The position numbers and the translations under genes were made by a program. The notes beneath the pieces were generated by a model. It did no database searches and was not told where the DNA came from. It saw only the letters and a program-made list of their open reading frames with translations. This document shows, piece after piece, positions 36,934 to 46,886 of a DNA stretch of 64,000 bases. Position 1 is the first letter of the stretch, and every line of letters starts with the position of its first letter. The stretch is taken from IMG/VR virus record IMGVR_UViG_3300010354_000060, positions 1 through 64,000 of that record. One strand, given 5' to 3'. Origin of the DNA: a virus.

Positions 36934-39717
36934 CTACTGACTCATACTAATGGATTCGTAAGGATCAGAAAATCCTCCAGATCCTCCACCACCAAAAGAA
37001 TCTCCCATTGGAATTGGAATTGGTTGGACAATTGTATTTTGGCCAGAATCTTCAACCTCAACTTCTTGAGTTGCTCCAAATTCATACCCAGCATAAGTTG
37101 AGAGGATTTGCATTAAACTCTGAGCAGCACTTCTTCTCTGTGAGATATTCTCAGTATCGTTGAGAATATCCATAAATCTTCTGCCGAAAAGATCAACAGA
37201 GTCTTTATCAATTACATATTCTCCTGGGTGAGTAGTAATATTCCCACCTCTACCAACAAAACCACCACCAAAATATGCTACGTGAACATGATCACTGTGT
37301 CCAGGATCTCCTGCCTTTAAAAGTTCAACAGGTCTTACTCCTTTCATTCTATTGAAATCGGAAATTACTTTAAGAATTGGTCCTTGTTCCCAAGAATATG
37401 CACCAATATCAATTGCTCTTCCCTCATAATGGAATGATTTATTTGCGTGGGTTCCTTTTACACCACCAAATTCTGGGTGTTCTTTAACTGCTAAAAACTG
37501 CTCAGGAGTCTTTAATCTTTGATATATAAATCTTCCAAGTTCTCCAGCAATTTTACTTCCTGCAGAACCATATCCCTTTCCAAGTTGAGAAGATCCACCA
37601 CCTCCAGGAGTGAATGTTCCTTTTTCACCTCTTTGAAGTGCTGCCAGAATTCTTGCAGATTGTTTCCAACGATCACCTTCTATTCCCCATCCAATATACT
37701 TATATGATGCTCTCTTAAGTTGTTCTTCAGTAGACTTTGGATCCAGGAATTCGTCAAGAAGCCCATACTGCTTCAATTCTTCTTTGATCCATTTAACCTG
37801 CTCAGCGTTGCTTGCCTTTTCAAGTGGTTTACCTAAGAATTTCTCTGCATTTGTAATTCTTGTACGGTTCCAACTAATAAGTCCTTTGTTAGTTCCTGCG
37901 CCATCATTTAAAACCCAAGGAGTTCTTTGACCTTTCCATGCAGATTCTGCTTGAACATTTCCAGCAAGAATAGCAGCAGCAAGCATTGGGAATCCTGCTG
38001 CCATAAACAATCTTGCACCGCCGACAGCATCAGATGCGTCACCACCCAAATCTTCTCCAGGAACCATTGGTTGTTGACCAGGGGTTTTTTCTCTTTCTAT
38101 AGTATATTCCTTCAACCCCAATTGTTTCATCAACTCATTAATACTTTCATCAATTTTAGCAGAAGAACTTTCTTCAACAGATTTAGAAATTACTTTTGTT
38201 AGATCTTCTCCACCCATAAACATAGCAGAGTCAACACTGCCACCAGAAGCAAAGGCACCACCAGTTCTCATGACATCTGAACTAAATGTTCTCTGCATCC
38301 ATGCACTTAATGTTGATCCAATGTTGTCATAATCAACAGTTGATGGTTTTTCTCCAAGCAGAACTTTAGTTGCTATTGCAAAGAATGGTCCAAAGAATGG
38401 AATCTCTGATGTTGCATCATGAGATTTTTCCATATATTTCAATGGACTCATTGTTTGATCGTCTTTTTGTTCTGGGAAAATTTTCTTAATTACTTTTTCT
38501 CCACCAACATCAGCACCTGGTTTTACTTTTGTTGGTTTTGCTGTAACTCTTCTTACTGCTTTGGATTTCTTTACAGTTCTTCTAACTCCACCAGTTAATC
38601 TTCCACCTCTAGTTGCTGGACCACCAGTTGCCATTTTAGCAGATGCTCCAGCAAAGGCATCATACAGTGCTCCACCAGCCCAATCTCCCATCCAACCACC
38701 AAGAGCAGATCCAATCACACCACCTAGAAAGGTCCCTGCAAAGGGAACTACGCTGCCGATAGCACCAGCAACAAGACCACCTAACGCACCTCCAGCGGTG
38801 GCACCCGCTGCTCTTGCCGCTGCCCTTCCTGGGTCTTCTCCAAGCAGTATATTGATTCCAAAGTCAATCAGTCCACCAATAATAGGTATCTTCTGCAATA
38901 CTTTAGAGAGAGTTCTGGTAACTCCTTGTGCTGCCATTCCACCTGCTTTACCAGCAATTGATATTCCTAAACGAGTTCCTGCTCTACCAACTCCTCTACC
39001 TAAAATTCCAGCAGCACCTTTTTTAGCACCCTCTCCTATCAAGGTCTTCCATAATCCTCTGGACTTCAAAATAATCATTGAGAGGATCAAAGCACCATTT
39101 ACAAAAGTTGCAAATGCACCTGTAAATTTATCAAATAGTTCTAAAGTCCTATCACCACCAACATTTTTAATAAATCCACGAACAGAATCTACAGCCTTAT
39201 ATCCCCAATCAATAAAAGTCACTAAGGCATTGAATAATGCTCCACTTATATTCACAATAAAATCAAATGCTGGTGCTATGATTTTTACAAATCCAATAAG
39301 TTTTGGAAGTAGAGGTATTAATCTATAGACAACATACCCAAGAAGAATATTGAATATAAAACTTTTGATCCTATCAAGAAATCCAATCTTAGGTGCTTTT
39401 ATTAATCCACTTTTCTCTTTCTTCTCATCTGGTTTTTCTTCTAACTTTTCTTCTCTCTCTTTAAATTTTTTCTTCTCTTTTTGCTTTCTTAAATTTTCAA
39501 GTTCTTTTTTCTGAAGTAGAGTTGAATCCTTTAACAGATCACTAACATTAATTAATTTTTCTTTAATAGTAAATAGACTACTTGTGGATATGGTAATAGA
39601 TCCACCATTACCTGTAGATAAAGATTCTGGTTTGATCTTATCCGCAGAAGATCCCCCACCAAGAAGTTTAACTGGGTTTATCTTTTTAGATCCTGGAAGT
39701 AGTGCTTTAGGTGCCAT
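36934..39717 (-). CDS. tape-measure-like protein with tail-lysozyme and Zn-peptidase-like domains
   Basis: Coiled/hydrophobic N-terminal half; AILAGNVQAES...GLISW (phage lysozyme-2 type); H...S.HY.GRAID...HSDHVH. Confidence 0.7.
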   Translation of the reverse strand: MAPKALLPGSKKINPVKLLGGGSSADKIKPESLSTGNGGSITISTSSLFTIKEKLINVSDLLKDSTLLQKKELENLRKQKEKKKFKEREEKLEEKPDEKKEKSGLIKAPKIGFLDRIKSFIFNILLGYVVYRLIPLLPKLIGFVKIIAPAFDFIVNISGALFNALVTFIDWGYKAVDSVRGFIKNVGGDRTLELFDKFTGAFATFVNGALILSMIILKSRGLWKTLIGEGAKKGAAGILGRGVGRAGTRLGISIAGKAGGMAAQGVTRTLSKVLQKIPIIGGLIDFGINILLGEDPGRAAARAAGATAGGALGGLVAGAIGSVVPFAGTFLGGVIGSALGGWMGDWAGGALYDAFAGASAKMATGGPATRGGRLTGGVRRTVKKSKAVRRVTAKPTKVKPGADVGGEKVIKKIFPEQKDDQTMSPLKYMEKSHDATSEIPFFGPFFAIATKVLLGEKPSTVDYDNIGSTLSAWMQRTFSSDVMRTGGAFASGGSVDSAMFMGGEDLTKVISKSVEESSSAKIDESINELMKQLGLKEYTIEREKTPGQQPMVPGEDLGGDASDAVGGARLFMAAGFPMLAAAILAGNVQAESAWKGQRTPWVLNDGAGTNKGLISWNRTRITNAEKFLGKPLEKASNAEQVKWIKEELKQYGLLDEFLDPKSTEEQLKRASYKYIGWGIEGDRWKQSARILAALQRGEKGTFTPGGGGSSQLGKGYGSAGSKIAGELGRFIYQRLKTPEQFLAVKEHPEFGGVKGTHANKSFHYEGRAIDIGAYSWEQGPILKVISDFNRMKGVRPVELLKAGDPGHSDHVHVAYFGGGFVGRGGNITTHPGEYVIDKDSVDLFGRRFMDILNDTENISQRRSAAQSLMQILSTYAGYEFGATQEVEVEDSGQNTIVQPIPIPMGDSFGGGGSGGFSDPYESISMSQ

Positions 39718-39723
39718 ATCTTA

Positions 39724-42210
39724 TTAGAAAATCCCCAAAATCTTTGCTGTTCTTGGTCTATCCGATGCCTTACAAGTTGCACCAAATCTTGGAACTTTAG
39801 TTCCAGATCTCTTATTAATTCCACCAGAACCAGTTCCAATTGTATTTGCTTTTGTTCTTACAACTACTTTTGGTTTTGCTGGTGGTGTTGGTGCCTTTAG
39901 TTTTGGTTTGGTTTTTGCCAACTGCACTTGAGTTCTTCCACTTGTTGGAGTTGGTGATTGCTTACTGAGAACCTGTTTTCCAGTGTTATCAACTTGACCT
40001 ACAACTCTCCCACCTCTATCTCTAATCAAATTCTTATCTTTAGTTCTTTTATCCTTATAAGATAGATCATTCTTTGCTTGAGAAAGATTTAGATTTAATT
40101 TCTTGAATTGTTTAGAAATTTCATTATCTGACATTCCACTTGCTCTATAATATTGAAGAGAATTCATAGCAGCCGTTCTCATCTTCTCTTTATTTGAGGC
40201 ATCTTCACGACTCTTAGCACCACTTGGATTAAAGAAATCTCCAATGTTCTCTAAGAAACCTTTACTTCTTTGCTCAGGTCTCTTATAGAATGGTTTGCCC
40301 CTATAGAAAGAAAGATGCCCGACAAATGGTTTTCCATCTGATCCAGTCATAACCTGAGTTTTTGGTAAACCTCTCTTATCAATCTTATTCAGTCCACCAC
40401 CACCCATCAATCCACCACCAGCTCCCATATAAGATTTGTTTGTAGCACCAAATCTGTCAGTCTGACTTGCTAATCCTTTAGCATAATTGGATGTGTAGAT
40501 TACATCTCCACCTCTTACTTGTCCAAAGTATCTCATTCCACCAATGGTAATCTCTGGTTCCCATCCAGTTTTTGCTGCACCAGGAACAACTACAGATTGT
40601 CTTCCTTTGTAAGTGGCACCAAATCCTTTTCCAATCTTAGTGCCAAATGAGGAACCTTTAATATTAATACCCTTTCCAGAAGACAGTGCTCTTTGTGCTT
40701 GGATCTGTCTTTCAATTCTCTTAAATCTTTCTTCAAAATAATCTTTTCTAAAATCACTTGATCCAGACATTGATGAAGGTTTCACGTCTTTAGTTGGATC
40801 TGGTCTTCCTAATCCATAAGACTCTTTTTCTTTCTCAATAGTTTTTGGTTCTTTACCAATTAAACCACCACCATAAGCATGTGGAATTCCTTTGGCAATT
40901 TTGGGGCGATTGGTTCCACCACCAGCAGCATTCATTGCCTCAAGAGTATCTACGCCATACTTCTGTACAGCACCACGAGACATGACAAATTCACCATCAG
41001 AAAGCATGGCAGGAATTTTATCAACTCCTTTCTCACCACTTACAAATCCTTGGATTTGACCTGCTAAATCACCGCCTTTACTGCCTGCTACCGCACCTAA
41101 TATAGATCCAAGTGGTCCAAGAGCAGACCCCGCAGCAGCACCTATTGCAGACGCCAATGCTTTATTTTTGAGTAGTCCTTCTTTTAATCCACCAAGAAGT
41201 CTTGCAAGTCCACCACCCGCAAACTTCTGAGTTGGTTGTGGTGGTTCTTTCTTTGCTTCTTCTGGAGCATCTTCTTGTTGTGGTGTTACTTTAGCAGCGT
41301 CATCTTTCTTTTTGTCTGCTAATGTTGCGGCACCACCAAGTAATCCACCACCAATAATTGCTCCAAGTGCTACTGGATTTCTACTTACTAATGCAGCAAT
41401 TCCTCTTAGTAGAATGCCAGTAATGTTTGCAACAAATCCACCAAGTCCTGTTCCAAAAATTAAAAATGCACCAATAAGAGCAGGCCACCAGTCACCTAAG
41501 AATCTAATAATACTTCTTACTTTTTGTTGATTATCTTTATCACCAAACCACCCTATTAACTTATAGACCATTCTTCCCATCAGAAGAATTACAAAGAAGT
41601 CTATAATTTTTTGAAGAAGATTCTTGACTGGAGCAAGCATCTTCTCAGCAACCTTCTGAGCAAACCCAAATTTCTTTTCAAGACCTGCTTCTAATCCAGC
41701 CCTTGCTTCACCCTCTTTATTTTTTCTATCTTGTTCTGTCTTCTTTCTTAAGAGATCATTTTGTAACGAGAGACTGTCAAGAATGTTTGAAAGAATTCCA
41801 GAGATTTCTTCCAGGGGATTTGATTCTGCTGCTGGTGGAAGTGCAAGTGGTTTGATTCCACCCAAAAGTTTTTGGGTATTTAATTTTATTCCAGCAGCAG
41901 ATCCTTTCTTAAAATTCTCTGCAGATATTTTTTTCTTCTTTACTTTAAATCTTCCCTTCTTTCCTTTGACTCTTTTCCACTCGTCAGTTAGAAGTTCGGT
42001 TTCTGCTGTGGGAATTTTAGACTTTGCCATTCTGGCAGCAGCCATTCTCTCTCTTAAAAGAGAAGCATACGTATCATAATCAATGTCAAAAATATCCTCA
42101 AGTCCTAATAACCTGAGGATTCTTTCATCTATTTTTTCGTTGACGAGATCAGTCCCTATTTTCCCAGTGTAGGGAACCAATGCATTGGTTTTAGAAGAAC
42201 TGACCGCCAT
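39724..42210 (-). CDS. tape-measure-like / baseplate hub protein
   Basis: 828 aa, D.IPAMLSDGEFVMS..AV...G motif typical of tape-measure C-termini. Confidence 0.65.
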   Translation of the reverse strand: MAVSSSKTNALVPYTGKIGTDLVNEKIDERILRLLGLEDIFDIDYDTYASLLRERMAAARMAKSKIPTAETELLTDEWKRVKGKKGRFKVKKKKISAENFKKGSAAGIKLNTQKLLGGIKPLALPPAAESNPLEEISGILSNILDSLSLQNDLLRKKTEQDRKNKEGEARAGLEAGLEKKFGFAQKVAEKMLAPVKNLLQKIIDFFVILLMGRMVYKLIGWFGDKDNQQKVRSIIRFLGDWWPALIGAFLIFGTGLGGFVANITGILLRGIAALVSRNPVALGAIIGGGLLGGAATLADKKKDDAAKVTPQQEDAPEEAKKEPPQPTQKFAGGGLARLLGGLKEGLLKNKALASAIGAAAGSALGPLGSILGAVAGSKGGDLAGQIQGFVSGEKGVDKIPAMLSDGEFVMSRGAVQKYGVDTLEAMNAAGGGTNRPKIAKGIPHAYGGGLIGKEPKTIEKEKESYGLGRPDPTKDVKPSSMSGSSDFRKDYFEERFKRIERQIQAQRALSSGKGINIKGSSFGTKIGKGFGATYKGRQSVVVPGAAKTGWEPEITIGGMRYFGQVRGGDVIYTSNYAKGLASQTDRFGATNKSYMGAGGGLMGGGGLNKIDKRGLPKTQVMTGSDGKPFVGHLSFYRGKPFYKRPEQRSKGFLENIGDFFNPSGAKSREDASNKEKMRTAAMNSLQYYRASGMSDNEISKQFKKLNLNLSQAKNDLSYKDKRTKDKNLIRDRGGRVVGQVDNTGKQVLSKQSPTPTSGRTQVQLAKTKPKLKAPTPPAKPKVVVRTKANTIGTGSGGINKRSGTKVPRFGATCKASDRPRTAKILGIF

Positions 42211-42370
42211 TTGCTTGCTGCTGTTTTAATTTTTCTTCTTCAAGATGCTCTTTCAGCAACTCAACATATACGTCTCTTTCCCACGGAATCATATTTTCAA
42301 TCTCCGTTAATGAGTATTTATGGTACTGCATTAAGGCAAAATTCAAACGAAAGTAGTTCTCAAGGTCCAT
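42191..42370 (-). CDS. gp51: baseplate hub assembly catalyst (59 aa, not in ORF track)
   Basis: MDLENYFRLNFALMQYHKYSLTEIENMIPWERDVYVELLKEHLEEE..., immediately after gp26. Confidence 0.85.
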   Translation of the reverse strand: MDLENYFRLNFALMQYHKYSLTEIENMIPWERDVYVELLKEHLEEEKLKQQQANGGQFF

Positions 42371-42381
42371 GTGGACCAGGG

Positions 42382-43101
42382 CTATGCGAAAAAAGACGCT
42401 AACCCTTCCAGAACCACTTCACTTTCTACGTTAGTTTTTGGATTCTTTACTGTAATTTTGTGCGAAAGTTTTGGCATCGTCTCAAAGAATGTCTCAATTT
42501 CTTTGAATTGTGATGAATTCATTTGCTCCAGGAATTCAAGAAGTTCCTTTTTGCTTACATCAGCTGCTGCCCAAACTTCATCTTCTGTATAAATCTTATC
42601 AATACAAGACGCAATCAAATCAAATGATTGGTCCATAGCATTGTCACTCTTAAAGTCAAAATTTGCTTTAATGAATTGATCCAATGATGGATACTTCATC
42701 TCCATCATGATTGAACTATCTACTTTGATCTTGTTTGTATGCTCTTCGTTCCTTTGAACTTTAATATCATCCAAATCAATTTGGACTGATGTTGGAGTTT
42801 CTTCATCATCGGGACAAATGATATTAACTTCAATTTCTTCACCAACAGACTTGCCACGAATATTAAGGAACAAATATTCAATATCAAAAGTCGGCAGTGA
42901 TTCTACTTTGATATTTTTTGTAAGAATACAGTTCTTAATTACTGTCTTAATCGCATTAGAAATTTGCTTTGTATCTTCGCTTTCTAAAGCAATAACCAAT
43001 ACTTTTTCCTCTCTTACAAGGAAGGGTCTATACTTAACAGTCTCTCCAGTTGAGGGCAACTCAAGTTCATATGACGGTGTAGATATCTTTGGTAATGGCA
43101 T
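42382..43101 (-). CDS. gp26: baseplate hub subunit
   Basis: MPLPKI.TP.YEL.LPSTG..VKYRPFLV.EEK...FD.EY.FL.IR.KSVGE; late promoter at 43137-43131. Confidence 0.9.
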   Translation of the reverse strand: MPLPKISTPSYELELPSTGETVKYRPFLVREEKVLVIALESEDTKQISNAIKTVIKNCILTKNIKVESLPTFDIEYLFLNIRGKSVGEEIEVNIICPDDEETPTSVQIDLDDIKVQRNEEHTNKIKVDSSIMMEMKYPSLDQFIKANFDFKSDNAMDQSFDLIASCIDKIYTEDEVWAAADVSKKELLEFLEQMNSSQFKEIETFFETMPKLSHKITVKNPKTNVESEVVLEGLASFFA

Positions 43102-43145
43102 AATGACCTATAGAAAAATTCAGGTATGATTATTTAGAATGAAAA

Positions 43146-43970
43146 TTAGAATAGTTTTAAACCCGAAGAATATGCAGTTTTGATATCTATTGCATTTCCA
43201 GATGCACCTGCAGCAGTAAATGGAACTCCACCTGTTGTTGTATAATTTCCAAAATTTAACCCGAGATCAGTCGTATATGCTTTGTTAATTTGTGCCTGAG
43301 TTAAAGGATTTACATTACTGAAATTATTGGTAGTAGTATTACTCTTAGCTGCTTCTCCTCCACTACCTTGAGGTTCAACATAATATCTTAAATAAGTAAG
43401 AGAAACTGAGCATTTCAATAAAGAAGACGAATCATATGATATTGGAATAGATGCTACAGAAATTGGGAATGGATCTACAAATACATATTGTAATTCTGAC
43501 TTATAATCTCGTTCAAATTTTGTAATTTTTAAAGGAGACCCTACATATTCTGAATGATATCGCATTGAATATGTGTAAACTGAACTTTTAACACTATTAC
43601 CACCATTTTCGGATATTTGCTCATTAGATGCAAATTTCATCCAAGTTTCAAAAAATCTAATGGGAAGATAATTATCAGCATCAACATAAAATGTTAGATC
43701 AATTCTATCATCAAATACTCTCCTGTGAACATGCCTTTCAGTTACACCATGAAAATCATTATTAATTTCCATGGTTGCTAAACTTGATCCAGGTAAAGAA
43801 GCCTCAGAACAAGATAAATGAAGTCTAATTTGATCAAAACTTAGATTATAATCACGAAAATCTCTCCATGCACCACTTAGCGGTTGTCCAATAAAAACAT
43901 CATAATGAGATGTTAAAGCTGGGCGTAAAAGATTTGCTTTTATGTTTGATATACCCTGTGGCGTAGGCAT
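43146..43970 (-). CDS. baseplate tail-tube initiator-like protein (gp54-like)
   Basis: C.EASLPG......E...R.FD..IDLTFYVD...FFE.W...Y.FV..FP tube-fold pattern; divergent from gp4. Confidence 0.6.
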   Translation of the reverse strand: MPTPQGISNIKANLLRPALTSHYDVFIGQPLSGAWRDFRDYNLSFDQIRLHLSCSEASLPGSSLATMEINNDFHGVTERHVHRRVFDDRIDLTFYVDADNYLPIRFFETWMKFASNEQISENGGNSVKSSVYTYSMRYHSEYVGSPLKITKFERDYKSELQYVFVDPFPISVASIPISYDSSSLLKCSVSLTYLRYYVEPQGSGGEAAKSNTTTNNFSNVNPLTQAQINKAYTTDLGLNFGNYTTTGGVPFTAAGASGNAIDIKTAYSSGLKLF

Positions 43971-43971
43971 C

Positions 43972-43979
43972 TATAAATA
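43972..43979 (+). promoter_or_regulatory. T4-type late promoter for gp4
   Basis: TATAAATA 31 bp before the gp4 start. Confidence 0.7.
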
Positions 43980-44010
43980 TTTTTAACCTTATATATTATG
44001 TAGCATAGAT

Positions 44011-44454
44011 ATGGCAGAAAGTATTAAAAGTAGATACATCCCATCTTATCCGCAGAAATACAAAGGAAATCCAAATAATATTATCTGTAGAAGTAGTTGG
44101 GAAAGAAAGTTTTGTCGTTGGTGTGACTTGAATGAAAATATTTTGGAGTGGGGAAGTGAAGAATTTTTCATACCATATCGTTCTCCAGTTGATAACAGAG
44201 TTCATAGATATTTTCCAGACTTTATAATTAAGATCAGAGAACAGACTGGAAACATCAAATCATATGTGATTGAAGTGAAACCAAAAAAACAAACCGTTCC
44301 ACCAAAACAAAAATCAAGAGTTACTAAATCATATCTTTATGAAGCAAAAACCTATGCTGTAAACCAAGCAAAATGGAAAGCAGCAGATGAATGGTGTAAG
44401 GATAGAATGTTAGAATTCAAAGTTATCACAGAAGAAGAACTGGGTATTAACTAA
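44011..44454 (+). CDS. gp4: head completion nuclease
   Basis: P.KY.G.P.NI..RSSWE..F...CD.N..I..W.SEE..IPY.SP.D...HRYFPDF...EVKP. Confidence 0.92.
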   Translation: MAESIKSRYIPSYPQKYKGNPNNIICRSSWERKFCRWCDLNENILEWGSEEFFIPYRSPVDNRVHRYFPDFIIKIREQTGNIKSYVIEVKPKKQTVPPKQKSRVTKSYLYEAKTYAVNQAKWKAADEWCKDRMLEFKVITEEELGIN

Positions 44455-44834
44455 TGGCAGAGGGTTTCGGTCAGTATACAAAAACATACAATCGTGTTGA
44501 ACCTGTAAAGGATAAAATTAGAGAACTTAGAGATCCTGAAGATATGATGTTGGAAATTATGGATATTCTGAAAGAAAAATCTTGGGTTCCTGAAGTTGGT
44601 AAGTTTTATACCTTTGTTTATAATCCAAAGACCCCTGATATTAGATATGACCAGCATCCTCTGATTGCATGTACAGAACTTCAAAGGTGGGGGTTCAAAG
44701 GAATCAATTTTCATTTGAGAAAGTCAAGAAATTATACTTGGGAAGAACTTGCTGGTCAACTTCATTTAGTAAGAGACAATGAACTTGATGATTTGTTGTC
44801 TATACCATATGAAAAAATCCGTCTAAATAAATAA
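44454..44834 (+). CDS. DNA end protector-like protein (gp2-like)
   Basis: GKFYTFVY.PKT....YD..PL.......GF.G.NFH; position after gp4. Confidence 0.65.
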   Translation: MAEGFGQYTKTYNRVEPVKDKIRELRDPEDMMLEIMDILKEKSWVPEVGKFYTFVYNPKTPDIRYDQHPLIACTELQRWGFKGINFHLRKSRNYTWEELAGQLHLVRDNELDDLLSIPYEKIRLNK

Positions 44835-44862
44835 AACCCCCTTATCGGCGGGAGGAATTATA

Positions 44863-46212
44863 GTGCCAGGATCCGAGTATACTTCATATACAGAAAAAGC
44901 TGACGGAGCAAGAACTTCTCAAAGCAGACCTTTTATTCTGAGTGGGAAAAAGTATGATGTTAAGGTTGAGGCAAATTTAAATAATGGAAACGTAACACAA
45001 TCTTCTATCACACTAAGAAAAGAAGTTTCTGGAAGAAGTGGAAAGCAATATACAGAATATGCAACAAGTTATGACGGAGGAAAAACTTGGAGCGAACCAG
45101 GATCAAAACCACCGAAGACAATTACTCCTGGAGGTCTGACTGAAGATGAAATTAAAAGACTTAAACCTGGTGGAAATTTAAATTCTGAAATCAAAAAAAG
45201 TGCTATTAGTGCAGTAAAGACTCAAGGTGCTAACGAAAAACAGGCATCACAAGCAACAAGTGGAATAAAACCAAATCAAGCATCCCCGACAACAGATCCT
45301 GCTAATGCTGGTATTGGAACTACATCTGCAAATGCTGCTGCAGCAGAGGTTGCAGCACAAAAGGCACTTGCAGAAGTTGAGCAAAGAAAAGAATATGGAA
45401 ATTTAACATATCCAAAAACTTTAAATGTAGTTGAACAGGATTTTATTAGGTTTTCTATGTTGGAATATGTTGCAAGAGGTCTTGGCAATGAAAAATTAGT
45501 TGTAACTTCTGAAGCAAGAACCAAAAATAGAAAAACTAAAGGAACAGTAACACTTCCAATTCCTGCTGGTATATCAGATTCAAATACTGCTCAGTGGGGA
45601 GACTCTGAATTGGGCATTCTTGAATCAGCATTAGCGGGATTTGGGGAAGCTACCATCACTGGTGGTCCAGGTGCAGGCGCTGATGCTGCACAAAAAACTG
45701 CAGATAATCTTGGTCCAGCTGCTGGAGAAGTTCAAACTCTTGCTGCTGGAAAGTTTGTTCAAATGGCAACGGGTGTTGATCCATTAACAAGAAAATATGG
45801 ATTGGTTCAAAATAGCAGTTTAGAACTCCTCTTTAAAGGACCTGCACTTAGAAACTTTACATTTTCATTTAAATTATCACCAAGATCTAAACTTGAAGCG
45901 GATGAAGTGATGAAAATTATTAGGTTCTTTAAGCAGGGAATGGCAGCAAAGAAAACAAAAGAAGGAGTATTCTTAAGATCTCCAGATACTTTTAAATTAG
46001 AATATTACCACAAGGGAACTGTTCACCCATATCTGAATAAATTTAAAGAGTGTGCGTTAACATCATGCAATGTAAACTATACTCCCGATGGTAACTACTC
46101 AAGATTCTATGATGGTCCAATGACATCATACGAATTGCAATTATCATTCACCGAACTTGAACCAGTCTTTGATAGTGATTATACTAACGAAAGCACAGAA
46201 ATAGGATACTAA
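44863..46212 (+). CDS. gp48: baseplate tail tube cap
   Basis: V.LP.P..I.D.N...W...ELLF.GP.LR.F.F.FKL.PR...EA..V..II.FFK...P..F...K.K.CAL....V.Y.P. Confidence 0.85.
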   Translation: MPGSEYTSYTEKADGARTSQSRPFILSGKKYDVKVEANLNNGNVTQSSITLRKEVSGRSGKQYTEYATSYDGGKTWSEPGSKPPKTITPGGLTEDEIKRLKPGGNLNSEIKKSAISAVKTQGANEKQASQATSGIKPNQASPTTDPANAGIGTTSANAAAAEVAAQKALAEVEQRKEYGNLTYPKTLNVVEQDFIRFSMLEYVARGLGNEKLVVTSEARTKNRKTKGTVTLPIPAGISDSNTAQWGDSELGILESALAGFGEATITGGPGAGADAAQKTADNLGPAAGEVQTLAAGKFVQMATGVDPLTRKYGLVQNSSLELLFKGPALRNFTFSFKLSPRSKLEADEVMKIIRFFKQGMAAKKTKEGVFLRSPDTFKLEYYHKGTVHPYLNKFKECALTSCNVNYTPDGNYSRFYDGPMTSYELQLSFTELEPVFDSDYTNESTEIGY

Positions 46213-46214
46213 AA

Positions 46215-46886
46215 ATGGCAAAACCTTATTTCAGACAAGTACCAGATTTAGATTACGTTAGTAGAGTTCCTAACGCAAAAATATCAGACTACGTTCGTGT
46301 AAAAAATCTTTTTAGAAAAGGTAAACTACGTGATGATATCTTTCAGGATCTGAACTACTTTACTAAGTATCAGATCAATGGCAATGACAGACCAGATAAT
46401 GTTGCTTTTAAAGTTTATAATGACTCAACTTTGGATTGGGTAATCCTTATTGCAAATAATATTCAGAATATCCAATCAGAATGGCCAATGTTACAGGAAG
46501 AGTTTGATAGATATCTTCTTGATAAGTATGGTGATTATGAGACTCTTTACAGTGGAATTCATCACTATGAAACAATCTCAGTGAAGAATAGTGCTGGAGT
46601 TGAAATTGTTCGTGCTGGATTGGTTGTTCCTGAAGATTTTAAAATGATCTTCTATGATGATGACAATCAAAGACAGATTACTGCAAACAATATAACAGTT
46701 CCAGTCACTAACTACGAATTTGAAGATAGAAAGGAAACTGATAAGAGAAATATCTATGTTCTAAAACCAGGGTATATTCATTTGGTCTTTGATGATATGG
46801 AAGATATTATGCAATACAAAAAAGGTTCCAGTCAATATGTGACTGAAACCTTGAAGAAAACTGATAATATTAGACTTTATTCTTGA
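46215..46886 (+). CDS. gp53: baseplate wedge component
   Basis: YF...P...Y...VKNLFR...DRPDNVA...Y....LDWV.L..N.I......WP...HHYET. Confidence 0.9.
   Translation: MAKPYFRQVPDLDYVSRVPNAKISDYVRVKNLFRKGKLRDDIFQDLNYFTKYQINGNDRPDNVAFKVYNDSTLDWVILIANNIQNIQSEWPMLQEEFDRYLLDKYGDYETLYSGIHHYETISVKNSAGVEIVRAGLVVPEDFKMIFYDDDNQRQITANNITVPVTNYEFEDRKETDKRNIYVLKPGYIHLVFDDMEDIMQYKKGSSQYVTETLKKTDNIRLYS

Noticed and set aside
38561-39328. 255-aa plus-strand ORF
   Set aside because: Antisense to the Gly/Ala-rich part of the tape-measure-like gene; no motifs or expression signals
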